NCBI GenBank assembly: GCA_965205265.1
Contig: CBDBGH010000003.1
Span: 2,816,001 to 2,880,000 of the forward strand
Length of the DNA stretch: 64,000 nucleotides
Source: Alphaproteobacteria bacterium
GTDB taxonomy: Bacteria; Pseudomonadota; Alphaproteobacteria; Bin95
Reading direction: 5' to 3'
In this document: positions 1-9,707 of the stretch, one piece after another
Numbering within the stretch: position 1 is the first letter of the stretch
Layout: the number at the start of each line of letters is the position of its first letter
Notes under the pieces: generated by a model
Told to the model about the DNA's origin: nothing
The model's database searches: none
Seen by the model: the letters and a program-made list of their open reading frames with translations, nothing else
Position numbers and translations under genes: made by a program

Positions 1-85
1 TGTCCGTCTTCGGCTCCTCGCAGGCAGTCAGGGTCAAAGCCGACGTGCCCATCATCACCAGGGCGATTCTGCCCGAACGTTTCAT
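1..85 (-). CDS. 5' part of a lipoprotein, DUF1190/YgiB-like (runs off the window edge)
   Basis: Manual translation MKRSGRIALVMMGTSALTLTACEEPKTD; lipobox LTAC; AAGGAGG RBS upstream on the - strand. Family call from recalled N-terminal pattern. Confidence 0.65.
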   Translation of the reverse strand, partial: MKRSGRIALVMMGTSALTLTACEEPKTD

Positions 86-176
86 GGCAAGGCCCTCCTT
101 TCGCGAGGGGGATTACAAAGACAGGTTGACGGGGGAGACCAATGACACTTCTCCCGTCATACCTCAATGCTCCCTC

Positions 177-578
177 CGTCATACCCGGACTTGTTCCACT
201 GCTGTCCGGCTTAGATTTGGTGGACAGAGCGCATGGCTTGGATTCAAGCGGGTTTCGAGGGGTTCGGCGAGATCGGGACTCGGATCGACGCCCGGCGGCC
301 CGGCCCTGTTCCCGTCATGCCCGCCCCCCATATCGTCATGCCCGGACTTGTTCCGGGCATCCATACGGCCGCCCGGTGGAGCCGCTTGAGAGAGATACCC
401 GGAACAAGTCCGGGTATGACGAAAGAGTCTGCCCTGAGCCTGTCGAAGGGGGCATTCGGGCCTCACGGGCAAGGGGCGGATCGCAGACGCCGCGCGCCCC
501 CGAAACCCCAGGCGGACTCCCGTTCAGCCTCGCCCAATGGCTAAACCGGACAGCAATGGAACACGTCCGGGTATGACG
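177..578. mobile_element. MITE-like element bounded by 38-bp inverted repeats, carrying a REP pair
   Basis: 177-214 cgtcatacccggacttgttccactgctgtccggcttag vs 541-578 ctaaaccggacagcaatggaacacgtccgggtatgacg: 35/38 reverse-complement match; no real CDS inside. Confidence 0.7.
334..421. repeat. REP doublet (GTCATGCCCGGACTTGTTCCGGGCATC ... GATACCCGGAACAAGTCCGGGTATGAC)
   Basis: Two inverted hairpin units; near-identical copies at 23947-24033 and 27004-27091. Confidence 0.9.
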
Positions 579-649
579 CCGGAGAGAAGGTGCGAAGCCT
601 CGCAAACCTGTCGTCAACCTGTCCATCCAAACCCTTTCGCGAAAGAGGT

Positions 650-1819
650 TCAGCGGGCGAGGCGCATCTCGACCAGATTGGCGAAATAGCTCGACCCGAC
701 GGGCAGCACCTCGTCGTTGAAGTCGTAGCGCGGGTGATGCAGGCCGGGATCGTTGCCCGTCACGCCGCCGCCGAGCCAGATATAGGCTCCCGGCCTTTCC
801 AGCAGCATGTAGGAGAAGTCCTCGCCGCCCATCACCGGCGCGACAGTGCCGTCAACCCGGGACTCGCCGACCGTGGCGGCGGCGGCGGCGGCGGCGAAGC
901 CGGTCTCGCGCTCGTGGTTGACGGTCGGCGGATAGCCGCGCTCATAGTCGAAGGCGGCGCTTCCGCCCATCGCCGCCGCGACGGCTTCGGCGATGCGGGT
1001 CATGCCGGCCTCCATGGCGTCGCGAACCTCCGGGTCGAAAGTCCGCACCGTGCCGCACAGCGAGGCGGTGTCCGGAATCACATTGAAGGCCGTGCCGGCA
1101 TGGAACATGGTCGTGCTGATGACCGCCGACTTGATCGGGTCGGCGGTGCGCGACACCAGCGTCTGCCAGGTCGTGACGATCTGCGCCCCGATGGCGACCG
1201 GATCGACGGAAAGATGCGGCATGGCGGCATGCCCGCCCTTGCCCTGGACGGTCAGCTCGAACCGGTCGGCCGCGGCCATCATCGGCCCCGGCACGACGCC
1301 GATGGTGCCGGCCGGCAGCATGGGCGCATTGTGCAGGCCGTAAACCTCGTCGCAGGGGAAACAGTCGAACAACCCCTCCTCGACCATCTTGAGTCCGCCG
1401 GCGCCGCCTTCCTCCGCCGGTTGGAAGATGAGGTTCACGGTGCCGTCGAAGTTCCGTGTCTCGGCGAGATATTTGGCCGCGCCCAGCAGCATGGTCGTGT
1501 GGCCGTCATGCCCGCAGGCATGCATCCGTCCGGGATTGACCGACTTCCAGGGAGACTCGTTCTCCTCGTCCATCGGCAGGCAGTCCATGTCCGCGCGCAG
1601 CCCGATGGTGCGCCCGGAGGCGCCATTGCCCCGGATGACGCCGACCAGCCCGGTCCCGGCGATGTTCCGCGTCACCTCGACCCCCCAGCTTTCCAGCCGT
1701 TCGGCAACCAGGTCGGAGGTCCGGTGCTCCTCGTAGCCGAGCTCGGGATGCATGTGGAAGTCGCGCCGCCATTCGGTCAGTTGCTCGTGGTCGGCGGCGA
1801 TGGAATTGACGATCGGCAT
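650..1819 (-). CDS. M20 family amidohydrolase (hippurate hydrolase-like)
   Basis: WRRDFHMHPELGYEE, LRADMD, MHACGHDGH, QPAEEG, GGEDFS motifs. Confidence 0.93.
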   Translation of the reverse strand: MPIVNSIAADHEQLTEWRRDFHMHPELGYEEHRTSDLVAERLESWGVEVTRNIAGTGLVGVIRGNGASGRTIGLRADMDCLPMDEENESPWKSVNPGRMHACGHDGHTTMLLGAAKYLAETRNFDGTVNLIFQPAEEGGAGGLKMVEEGLFDCFPCDEVYGLHNAPMLPAGTIGVVPGPMMAAADRFELTVQGKGGHAAMPHLSVDPVAIGAQIVTTWQTLVSRTADPIKSAVISTTMFHAGTAFNVIPDTASLCGTVRTFDPEVRDAMEAGMTRIAEAVAAAMGGSAAFDYERGYPPTVNHERETGFAAAAAAATVGESRVDGTVAPVMGGEDFSYMLLERPGAYIWLGGGVTGNDPGLHHPRYDFNDEVLPVGSSYFANLVEMRLAR

Positions 1820-1825
1820 GGCTTC

Positions 1826-3220
1826 TCAAGCCTCCCTGGCTGCTTCCGTCTTCGACGGCCCGGCGACGAGCGCCGCATTCTCCGTCTCGAGTTCCTGTTC
1901 GATCGCGGCGATCGCCGCCGCCTGGCCGGGCGCCGGCGGGGCCGGCGGCCGCCACTCCAGACTATCGAAAACCCCGCAATGGGGACAAGCGCCGTGCCAA
2001 TCGGGCGACATGGCGCTGCACGCCCGGCAGAACCATGCCGGGTCCCCGGGCGCCAGCCGCGCCCGGGCGAGCCAGTTCCTGGCCGCGCCGGTATCGCCGT
2101 CCGCAACCGCAACGCTCGCCATCAACCGGCAGATGCGCGCCGGCGCGCCTTCACCCGCGAGCGGCTCGACCAGCTTGCGGGCTTCCGCCTGCTGCCCGGC
2201 CGCGAGAGCCAGATCGGCAAGCAGCGCGCGCGTCTCCGGCCGCGCGGCGTCGCCCTTCAACAGGCGTTGCCCCTGCGTGAAGCGCACGGCCGGCGCGAGC
2301 CGGCTCCACAACCCCTCCAGCGCCTCGCCCAGCATCGGGTGGGGAGCCTTCGTCCAGCCGTCGCGAAGCATCTTCTCCGCCCGGCTCCCGTGGCCGGCTG
2401 CGCCTTCCAGGCGCGCCGCGCGGGCCGTTGCAGCAGGCATGGCGGGGGCGAGCTTCCAGGCGGTGCGGGCGTGATTGAGGGCCGCGGCCCTGTCTTCGCG
2501 CTTCTCGGCGAGGCGGGACCGCTCCACGGCGACGATCGCGCGCCGGCGTCTCAGGTCTTCTCCCCGCACGAGCTTCCTGCCCGCCAGCGCCTCCAGCGCC
2601 GCCGACGCGCCGTCCCAGTCGCCATTCGCGGTGCGCAGGTCGAACAGCGCCTCGAGGACCCAGGGCGTGCCCGGCCGCTCCTTTTGCGCGCGGGCGGCGA
2701 TCGCGAGCGCCCCGGCCCGGTCGCCGGCGCGGTCGGCCTGCGCCATCAGGCCGCGCAGGCCGAGCAGGCTGGTCTCCGGTTCGTCCACCATGGCCTCGAA
2801 GAACTTCCGCGCCGCGCTGTCGTCGCCGTTCAATTGCGCCGCCTGCGCTGCAAGCAGCAGGGTAAGCGGCGCGCCGTCGAGCAACCGGTCGGCCTCGCGC
2901 GCGCGGCGCCTGGCCTCGTCGGACGCGCCCGCCGCCACCGCCACCATGCCGAGGCTGAGCGCCCGGTATCCGCGCTCGCGGCGCCGCCCGGCGCGCCCGA
3001 AGCGCATCGCCTGCGGCGCGCGGCGAAGCGCCAGCCAGGACCGGTAAACGAATGCCGCCAGCAGCACGACAAAGAGGAGCGCCACCAGAGGCGCGCCCGC
3101 GGGAGCCTCGACAACCAGGTCTCCGAGGCGGAGTTCGACATCGCCCGGCAATTGCGCCAGCAAAACGGCCGCGGCCACGACCAGCCCGATCTTGAGCAGC
3201 GTCCAGAGCAGGCGGATCAT
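1826..3220 (-). CDS. hemY: Heme biosynthesis-associated HemY_N/TPR membrane protein
   Basis: Two N-terminal TM helices, TPR-like helices, C-terminal CxxC..CPxC; downstream of hemC-hemD-mitofilin, the usual alphaproteobacterial order. Confidence 0.85.
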   Translation of the reverse strand: MIRLLWTLLKIGLVVAAAVLLAQLPGDVELRLGDLVVEAPAGAPLVALLFVVLLAAFVYRSWLALRRAPQAMRFGRAGRRRERGYRALSLGMVAVAAGASDEARRRAREADRLLDGAPLTLLLAAQAAQLNGDDSAARKFFEAMVDEPETSLLGLRGLMAQADRAGDRAGALAIAARAQKERPGTPWVLEALFDLRTANGDWDGASAALEALAGRKLVRGEDLRRRRAIVAVERSRLAEKREDRAAALNHARTAWKLAPAMPAATARAARLEGAAGHGSRAEKMLRDGWTKAPHPMLGEALEGLWSRLAPAVRFTQGQRLLKGDAARPETRALLADLALAAGQQAEARKLVEPLAGEGAPARICRLMASVAVADGDTGAARNWLARARLAPGDPAWFCRACSAMSPDWHGACPHCGVFDSLEWRPPAPPAPGQAAAIAAIEQELETENAALVAGPSKTEAAREA

Positions 3221-4419
3221 CTGCCGTCCCGGGCGGTGAGCGCCTCCAGCTCGGCGTCGGCCGCCAGCCGGTCGCGGGCGACGAGGCGCCAGCCCTCGAA
3301 GGGCAGCGGCAGGTCGCCGCCGAGCTCGGCGAGCGCGCCCGCCAGATCGCCGTCCTCGATATGGGCCTCCGCGCGCCCGAGAGCCGCATCGGCGTCCTCG
3401 CCGGCCAGGTCCCTGGAGACCCGGCGAACGCTCACGACATCGGAGAGCCGCCCGATCACGTCGTCGAGCCAGGGCGCGCCGGTCGTCCCTTCGGGCCGGA
3501 GGGTGCGGGCGCGGGCCAGCGCCTTGAAGCGCCGCGCCAGCGCATTCGCCGTCGGCAGGCCCCGTTCGGCATGCGCCGTCCAGGCGCCGAAACCGGGGCC
3601 GCCGGCCGCCTCGACCGCGTCCAGCTCCTCTCTGAACGGCGCGCCGGACTCCACGGCGAATCTGAGGCGCGCGGCCGCCAGCCTGACCCCGCCGTCCGCC
3701 TCGCCCGAGGAGGCAAGCTTCGCGACCGCGTCGCGCAGCACGGCCAGTTCCGCAAGCGCCTTGTCCGCAGACGCGCCGGCCTCGACAGCCGCGCGGTCGC
3801 TCCCCTCGAGCCCCTCCAGCCGGCCTTCCAGCGCCGCGACCGCCGCTTTCAGGGGCGCCAGCCCCGGGTCCGCAGCCGTCGGGCCCTCGCCGGCAGGTCG
3901 CGCCTCCAGGGCAGCGAGCCCTTCCCTGAGACGGGCAATCTCGGCCACGACGGCCGGATCGACGGCCGGCTCCGCCCGTTCGAGCGCAGCGATGCGCGCC
4001 TCCAGCGCCTCCAGCCGGGCGTCCAGGCGCCGCTCGAACGCCGCGAGCGCCTCGCGCAGAGCGGCGGCTTCGCCGGCTGCCGCCTCAAGTTTCTCCCGGT
4101 TCGCGGCTGTGGCCGCCACCCCGGCCTCCGCTTTCCGCACCCGTTCGGTCAGGCGCTCGATGTCGGCTGTCGTCGCCATGTCGGGCGGCGGGCCGGCGAG
4201 GAAGGCGGCAAGGCGCTCCGGCTGGGCGGCGACCAGATAGCCGAGCGCCGCGATGAACACGACCGGCAGCAGCCAGAGCAGCAGGAACAGCCGCCCGCGG
4301 CGCCGGCGGCGGGCGGCGGCCCTCTCCTCCGGCGTCCCGGCGGCGTCCCCGGCCGGGCGGTCGTCCGCAACCGCCTCGACCTCTATCGGCTCCGCCTCGT
4401 CTCCGGGTCGATCCGTCAT
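3217..4419 (-). CDS. COG4223 / mitofilin (Mic60)-like membrane-anchored coiled-coil protein
   Basis: Single TM, long Ala/Glu coiled coil, C-terminal GAPFREEL...GLPT...GDLAGALAEL; located between hemD and hemY. Confidence 0.8.
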   Translation of the reverse strand: MTDRPGDEAEPIEVEAVADDRPAGDAAGTPEERAAARRRRRGRLFLLLWLLPVVFIAALGYLVAAQPERLAAFLAGPPPDMATTADIERLTERVRKAEAGVAATAANREKLEAAAGEAAALREALAAFERRLDARLEALEARIAALERAEPAVDPAVVAEIARLREGLAALEARPAGEGPTAADPGLAPLKAAVAALEGRLEGLEGSDRAAVEAGASADKALAELAVLRDAVAKLASSGEADGGVRLAAARLRFAVESGAPFREELDAVEAAGGPGFGAWTAHAERGLPTANALARRFKALARARTLRPEGTTGAPWLDDVIGRLSDVVSVRRVSRDLAGEDADAALGRAEAHIEDGDLAGALAELGGDLPLPFEGWRLVARDRLAADAELEALTARDGR

Positions 4420-5162
4420 CGGCGTCCTTCGCCGGCAATGCCGGGCGTTTCCAGGATACGGTCCACTTCCGCCATCATCGCCTCGTGATCCGGCCGGCCG
4501 GCCACGCGGACCTCGCGCCAGGCAACGCCTTCCAGAGCCCGGCCCACGGCCTCGCTGAGGACACAGGCATGAACGCAGCGGCAGGACTCCCCAACGCCGC
4601 TCCGCCGCGCCAATCTAGCAAAGACCGCCGCCGACCGGGGAGAGAAAAACAGGGCGAGCTGTAGCCCACCGGCACTCAATTCCCCCATGAGCGCCGGGCT
4701 GAACGCCTCGGCGGCGCGGGCCCGGTAGAGCACCTCGCGCCGCACCCGGAACCCCGCCGGCGCCAGGGCGCCCGCCAGGTCTCCCGCAACGGCCTCTCCC
4801 GACGCATGGAGCAGCGGCCCCGCCGAGGCCTCGCAGCGCGCCGCCGCCAGCCGGGCCAGCGCCTCTCCGTCGCCCGCCGCGCTCTCGACCCGGCGGAACC
4901 CGGCGGCGCGCGCCGTCCGCGCCGTCGCGTCGCCCGCCGCAAGCGCCGGCAGGCCGCGCTCCGGCGAGGCCGCCGCGAAGGCGCGCACCCCGTTCGCGCT
5001 GGTGAACAGCAGCGCCTGCACGCCGGCAAGATCGAGGGCCGGCGCCGGCAGCAGCTCGATCCCGAGCATCGGCTCCACCAGTGCGGCCACGCCGCGCGCC
5101 GCCAGCGCGTCGGCCGTGCGGCCGGCATCCGGCAGCGGCCGGGTGACGAGCGCGCGGATCAC
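4416..5162 (-). CDS. hemD: Uroporphyrinogen-III synthase
   Basis: GTG start overlapping the hemC stop; ALVTRP, LFTSANGVRAF, LFFSPRSA motifs (C-terminal part of track ORF 4416..6068). Confidence 0.92.
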   Translation of the reverse strand: MIRALVTRPLPDAGRTADALAARGVAALVEPMLGIELLPAPALDLAGVQALLFTSANGVRAFAAASPERGLPALAAGDATARTARAAGFRRVESAAGDGEALARLAAARCEASAGPLLHASGEAVAGDLAGALAPAGFRVRREVLYRARAAEAFSPALMGELSAGGLQLALFFSPRSAAVFARLARRSGVGESCRCVHACVLSEAVGRALEGVAWREVRVAGRPDHEAMMAEVDRILETPGIAGEGRR

Positions 5163-6064
5163 GCCTCCAGCGCGCCCGGCGGCGCCTCCGCGCGGAGCGC
5201 TTCCCCCGCATCGAGCCCGATCGACTGCGCATCGCCGGCCGGGCCCGACCGGCACACTTCCCGCATCTCCGCCCCGTCCGGCGTCAGCAGCCGGCCCCGA
5301 AGCACGAGTTCGCCGTTCCGGAGGCGGGCATGGGCGGCAATCGGCGTCCGGCAGGAGCCGTCGAGCGCGGCGAGCAGGGCGCGCTCCGCCGCAACGCAGC
5401 AGGAGGTGGGTCCGTGGTCGATGGCGGCGAGGCGCTCGCGCAAGGCGTCGTCCCCCGCGCGGCATTCGATGCCGACCGCGCCCTGCCCCGCCGCCGGCAG
5501 CATCTCCTCCGGCGCAAGGGGCGCGGCGCGCGCCGCCAGGCCCAGCCGCACGAGCCCGGCCATGGCGAGGAAGGTCGCGTCGAACGCCCCGGCGCGCACC
5601 CGCTCCAGCCGCGTTTCGACATTGCCGCGGATGAGCGCCGGCACGAGGTCCGGGCGCCGGGCCAGCATCTGCGCCTGCCGGCGCAGCGAGGCCGTGCCGA
5701 CGCGCGCGCCCGGCGCCAGATCGGCGAGCGTGCGCGCTCCGCCCGCCAGGCCGTCGCGGGGGTCTTCGCGCGCCAGCATGGCGGCCAGTACGAAGCCCTC
5801 CGGCAACGCCGTCTCCAGATCCTTCACCGAGTGGACCGCGGCGTCGATCCGCCCGTCCGCCAGCGCCGCCTCGATCTCCTTGGCGAACAGGCCCTTGCCG
5901 CCGATATCGGCCAGCCGCCGGTCGCGGATCCGGTCGCCGGTCGTGCGGATCGCGACGATCTCGACATCGAGGCCGGGGTCGTGCGCCCGCAGGGCGGCGG
6001 CGGCCTCTTCCGCCTGCTTGAGAGCGAGCGGGCTGCCGCGCGTGCCGAGACGGAGTTTCGCCAT
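5159..6064 (-). CDS. hemC: Hydroxymethylbilane synthase (porphobilinogen deaminase)
   Basis: [44 protein letters not shown] motifs. Confidence 0.97.
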   Translation of the reverse strand: MAKLRLGTRGSPLALKQAEEAAAALRAHDPGLDVEIVAIRTTGDRIRDRRLADIGGKGLFAKEIEAALADGRIDAAVHSVKDLETALPEGFVLAAMLAREDPRDGLAGGARTLADLAPGARVGTASLRRQAQMLARRPDLVPALIRGNVETRLERVRAGAFDATFLAMAGLVRLGLAARAAPLAPEEMLPAAGQGAVGIECRAGDDALRERLAAIDHGPTSCCVAAERALLAALDGSCRTPIAAHARLRNGELVLRGRLLTPDGAEMREVCRSGPAGDAQSIGLDAGEALRAEAPPGALEA

Positions 6065-6144
6065 GCAAAGCGAGTTACCCGTTCCCGCCGACAGGCGCAA
6101 TCGGCCGTTGCACAGGCCCCGTGTGCCTGTATCGTCCTGCCGCC

Positions 6145-7176
6145 ATGCGGGTCCTCGGCATCGAGACGAGTTGCGACGAGACGGCGGCGGCCGTGGTGGA
6201 CGCCGACCGGCGCATCCTCGCCGAGCGCCTGTTCTCCCAGACCCGCGAGCACGCGCCCTATGGCGGCGTCGTGCCCGAGATCGCGGCCCGCGCCCATCTC
6301 GACCGCCTGGACGCGCTGGTGGCCGAAACGATGGCGGAGGCCGGCCTCGGCTTCGCCGGGCTCGACGGCATCGCCGCCGCCGCCGGACCGGGCCTGATCG
6401 GCGGGCTGCTTGTGGGCGCGACCGCGGCGAAGGCGATGGCGCTCGCGAGCGGGCGGCCCTTCCTCGCGGTCAACCACCTGGAGGCGCACGCGCTCACCGC
6501 AAGGCTCACGGACGGGCTCGACTTCCCCTATCTGCTGCTGCTGGTCTCCGGTGGACACACCCAATTGCTGGCGGTGGAAGGCGTCGGCCGCTACCGGCTC
6601 TACGGCGAGACCGAGGACGACGCGCTGGGCGAGGCGTTCGACAAGGCCGCCCGCCTGCTCGGGCTGGGCTTTCCCGGCGGGCCGGCGGTCGAGAAGGCGG
6701 CGGAGGCAGGCGACCCGGCGCGGTTCCGCCTGCCGCGTCCGCTCGCGGGACGGCCGGGCGCCGGCTTCTCCTTCTCCGGCCTCAAGACCGCGCTCCGCCG
6801 CGCCGCGGAGGCGCTGCCCGCGCCGGACGAACGGGACATTGCGGACCTCGCCGCGTCCTTCCAGACCGCCACCGCCGATACGCTGGCCGACCGCACCGCC
6901 AATGCCGCCGCCATGTTCCGCCGCGACTGCCCGGCGGGCCGGGTGCTAGTGGCGGCCGGCGGCGTCGCCGCGAACCGCAGCCTGCGGGCGCGCCTCCGGG
7001 AAGTGGCGGCGGCGCACGGCCTCGCCTTCGCCGCCCCGCCGCCGCGCCTCTGCACCGACAATGCCGCGATGGTGGCCTGGGCGGGGCTGGAGCGGCTGAG
7101 GCTCGGCGCGCGCGACGGCCTCGACTTCCGCCCCCGGCCGCGCTGGCCGCTCGCGTCTGCGAACGGCGCGCCGTGA
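6145..7176 (+). CDS. tsaD: tRNA N6-adenosine threonylcarbamoyltransferase
   Basis: [43 protein letters not shown] motifs. Confidence 0.97.
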   Translation: MRVLGIETSCDETAAAVVDADRRILAERLFSQTREHAPYGGVVPEIAARAHLDRLDALVAETMAEAGLGFAGLDGIAAAAGPGLIGGLLVGATAAKAMALASGRPFLAVNHLEAHALTARLTDGLDFPYLLLLVSGGHTQLLAVEGVGRYRLYGETEDDALGEAFDKAARLLGLGFPGGPAVEKAAEAGDPARFRLPRPLAGRPGAGFSFSGLKTALRRAAEALPAPDERDIADLAASFQTATADTLADRTANAAAMFRRDCPAGRVLVAAGGVAANRSLRARLREVAAAHGLAFAAPPPRLCTDNAAMVAWAGLERLRLGARDGLDFRPRPRWPLASANGAP

Positions 7177-8027
7177 GGGTCGGCGTGCTGGGCGCGGGCG
7201 CATGGGGCCAAGCGCTCGCGAAAACGGCGGCGCGCGCCGGGCACGAAGCGATGCTCTGGGGCCGGGCAGACGGCGCGGACCACTTCGAGGCCGCCGCCTC
7301 GGCCGAGGTCGTGGTTCTGGCGGTCCCGGCCCAGGCCATGGCCGAAATCGCCGACCGGCTCGATCCCGAAACCGTGCGCGGCGTGCCGGTAATCGCCGCC
7401 AAGGGGCTGGAGCGCGGCACCGGCCGGCTGATGAGCGAGGTTCTGGGTCCGAGCTTCGCCGCGGGCGTGCTCTCCGGCCCCAATTTCGCCGCCGAGGTCG
7501 CCGCCGGGCTGCCGACGGCGGCCGTGCTGGCCGGCGCGCCGCAGGCGGCCTTCGCCGCGGCCGGCTTCCGCGTCTATGAAAGCCGCGATGTCGTCGGGGT
7601 GCAGCTTTGCGGGGCGCTCAAGAATGTCATCGCCATCGCGGCGGGCATCGCCGAAGGACGCCGGCTCGGCGAGAACGCCCGCGCCGCGCTGGTGACGCGG
7701 GGCCTCGCGGAAATCCGCCGCCTCGTCATCGCCGAGGGCGGCGAGGCGGAGACGGTCGCGGGGCTAGCCGGCCTCGGCGACCTGATGCTGACCGCGACCA
7801 GCCCGACCTCGCGCAATTACGCCTACGGGGCGGCGCTCGGCAGGGGCGAGCCGCCGCCGGCCGCGCTTGCCGAAGGCGCGACCACGGCCGCGCCCGCCCT
7901 GTTCCGCGCGGCGCGCGCCGGCGTGGCGTTGCCGATTGCCGCGGCCGTCGCCGATATTGTCGCGGGGCGCGTCGATATAGAAACCGCCATGAAGCGGCTG
8001 CTCGCCCGCCCCGCCGGCCGCGAATAG
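7173..8027 (+). CDS. gpsA: NAD(P)H-dependent glycerol-3-phosphate dehydrogenase (short, 284 aa)
   Basis: GTG overlaps the tsaD stop; [42 protein letters not shown] motifs. Confidence 0.93.
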   Translation: MRVGVLGAGAWGQALAKTAARAGHEAMLWGRADGADHFEAAASAEVVVLAVPAQAMAEIADRLDPETVRGVPVIAAKGLERGTGRLMSEVLGPSFAAGVLSGPNFAAEVAAGLPTAAVLAGAPQAAFAAAGFRVYESRDVVGVQLCGALKNVIAIAAGIAEGRRLGENARAALVTRGLAEIRRLVIAEGGEAETVAGLAGLGDLMLTATSPTSRNYAYGAALGRGEPPPAALAEGATTAAPALFRAARAGVALPIAAAVADIVAGRVDIETAMKRLLARPAGRE

Positions 8028-8133
8028 AGCGCGGCCCTGTCTCCCGCTCTCGACGGGTCCCACCCGTTCTGGCCAAAATCCGGGCGGCCATGTATATCGG
8101 CATACTGTTCCCGCACGGTCGGACGGCGCGCGA

Positions 8134-8280
8134 ATGAGCACGATGAACAGCGAGGTCCATTCGGTCGCCCGCTACGACGGCGATATCGCCGAGATCAAGG
8201 CGAGCCTGTTGCTGCTCAGATGGATGGTCGGCTTCACCCTGGCGTTTGCGGTCGCGATTACCTGGCGCGTTTTCGGGTAA
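8134..8280 (+). CDS. 48-aa coiled-coil plus C-terminal TM microprotein (DUF1640/CCDC90-like, truncated form)
   Basis: Manual translation MSTMNSEVHSVARYDGDIAEIKASLLLLRWMVGFTLAFAVAITWRVFG; below the ORF-track cutoff. Confidence 0.6.
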   Translation: MSTMNSEVHSVARYDGDIAEIKASLLLLRWMVGFTLAFAVAITWRVFG

Positions 8281-8371
8281 ACCCGCGTCCCCAGGCTGCG
8301 TTTCACTCTCTACCGGTTCTCCCGGAAATACCGGCGTATAGTCGTTCCCTGCTGAGGAGGGAGTGCGCCCG

Positions 8372-8785
8372 ATGAATTACTGGCTGTTCAAAAGCGAGCC
8401 CGGCGCGTGGTCCTGGCAGGACCAGCTGGATGCCGGCACGGCCGAATGGGACGGCGTGCGCAACTACCAGGCCGCCAACAACATGAAGGCGATGAAGGTC
8501 GGAGACCGGGGCTTCTTCTACCATTCGGTCGGCGAGCGCGCGATCGTCGGCACGGTCGAGGTGGTGAAGGAATACTACCCGGACCCGACCGACGCCTCGG
8601 GCCGCTTCGGCATGGTGGACGTGCGCGCCGTCGAGAGCGCGGCCCGCCCGGTGACGCTGGCGGAGATCAAGGCGGACCCCGACTTTTCGGAACTGCCGCT
8701 GGTGCGCCAGTCCAGGCTTTCCGTCTCGCCGGTGCCGGCCCCGCTCTGGGCGAAGCTCTGCGCGATGGCGGGCGTCTCCGGCTGA
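8372..8785 (+). CDS. EVE domain protein
   Basis: YWLFKSEP, WDGVRNYQAAN, FFYHS, SRLSVSPV motifs; GAGGAGG RBS. Confidence 0.95.
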   Translation: MNYWLFKSEPGAWSWQDQLDAGTAEWDGVRNYQAANNMKAMKVGDRGFFYHSVGERAIVGTVEVVKEYYPDPTDASGRFGMVDVRAVESAARPVTLAEIKADPDFSELPLVRQSRLSVSPVPAPLWAKLCAMAGVSG

Positions 8786-8798
8786 CCCGCCGGGCGCC

Positions 8799-9674
8799 AT
8801 GGGCTGGCTCGACCGCATCGCCGAGTGCAACCGGCACGACCTTTCCGGCTTCCTGCCCTTCGACGTCGGAGACAAGCGGATCGGCTGGGTCCGCCGCGGC
8901 CTGGCGGAGCGGCTCGCCGACCGGCCGGAGGTCTTTGCCGTCGGGGGCGGATCGGCCGGTTTCGCGCCCGCCCTCGGCGCGCCTGGACAGCGGAGCGCCG
9001 CGCTCGCCGGGATCGTCCGCGAATGGCACGGGAACGGCCTGCTGCGCCGGGTCAGCGGGGAGTTGCTCGCGGTCGGCGCGGGCATGGGTGAACCGCCGCT
9101 CTTCCTGATCGACCGTTCGGCCGTGCAGGCTTTCGGCTTCAGCGCGGTGGGCGTGCATGTCAACGGCTATGTGCGCCGCGACGACGGGCTGCATGTCTGG
9201 GTGGCGGAGCGTGCCGCCGGCCGCCACAGCTATCCGGGCATGCTGGACAACATGGTGGCCGGCGGGCAGCCGGCCGGCCTCTCGCTGATGGAGAATGTCG
9301 TCAAGGAAGCCGCCGAGGAGGCGGGCATCCCGGAGGCGCTTGCGGCGCACGCCCGGCCTGCCGGCGCCGTCACCTATTGCCTGGAGGCCGAAGCCGGCCT
9401 GCGCCCCGACATTCTCTATGTGTACGACCTCGAGCTTCCCGCCGGCTTCGAGCCGCGCAATGCCGACGGGGAGGTTGCGCATTTCGAGCTCTGGCCGGCC
9501 GCCCGCCTCGCCGAAACCGTGCGGGACACGAGGCGGTTCAAGTTCAACTGCAATCTCGTCATCATCGACTTCCTCATCCGCCGGGGCGTTCTCGGTCCGG
9601 AAGAGCCGGATTACGCGGCCATTCTCGCCGGCCTCCGCCCCCGGCTCCCCATCGACCCCTGGCGGTTGTGGTAG
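8799..9674 (+). CDS. NUDIX hydrolase with DUF4743 N-terminus
   Basis: GVHVNGYV, PGMLDNMVAGG, KEAAEEAG (Nudix box), DGEV..F, FKFNCNLV. Confidence 0.9.
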   Translation: MGWLDRIAECNRHDLSGFLPFDVGDKRIGWVRRGLAERLADRPEVFAVGGGSAGFAPALGAPGQRSAALAGIVREWHGNGLLRRVSGELLAVGAGMGEPPLFLIDRSAVQAFGFSAVGVHVNGYVRRDDGLHVWVAERAAGRHSYPGMLDNMVAGGQPAGLSLMENVVKEAAEEAGIPEALAAHARPAGAVTYCLEAEAGLRPDILYVYDLELPAGFEPRNADGEVAHFELWPAARLAETVRDTRRFKFNCNLVIIDFLIRRGVLGPEEPDYAAILAGLRPRLPIDPWRLW

Positions 9675-9707
9675 TCTCGCCGGGCGCGGGCGAGGCGGGA
9701 GGCTCCG

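Noticed and set aside
590-4240. 1216-aa plus-strand ORF (similarly 15084..18002, 37838..42745, 53305..56100, 56021..59611)
   Set aside because: Antisense shadows of well-supported genes in high-GC DNA; Arg/Ala/Pro-rich with no recognisable motifs.
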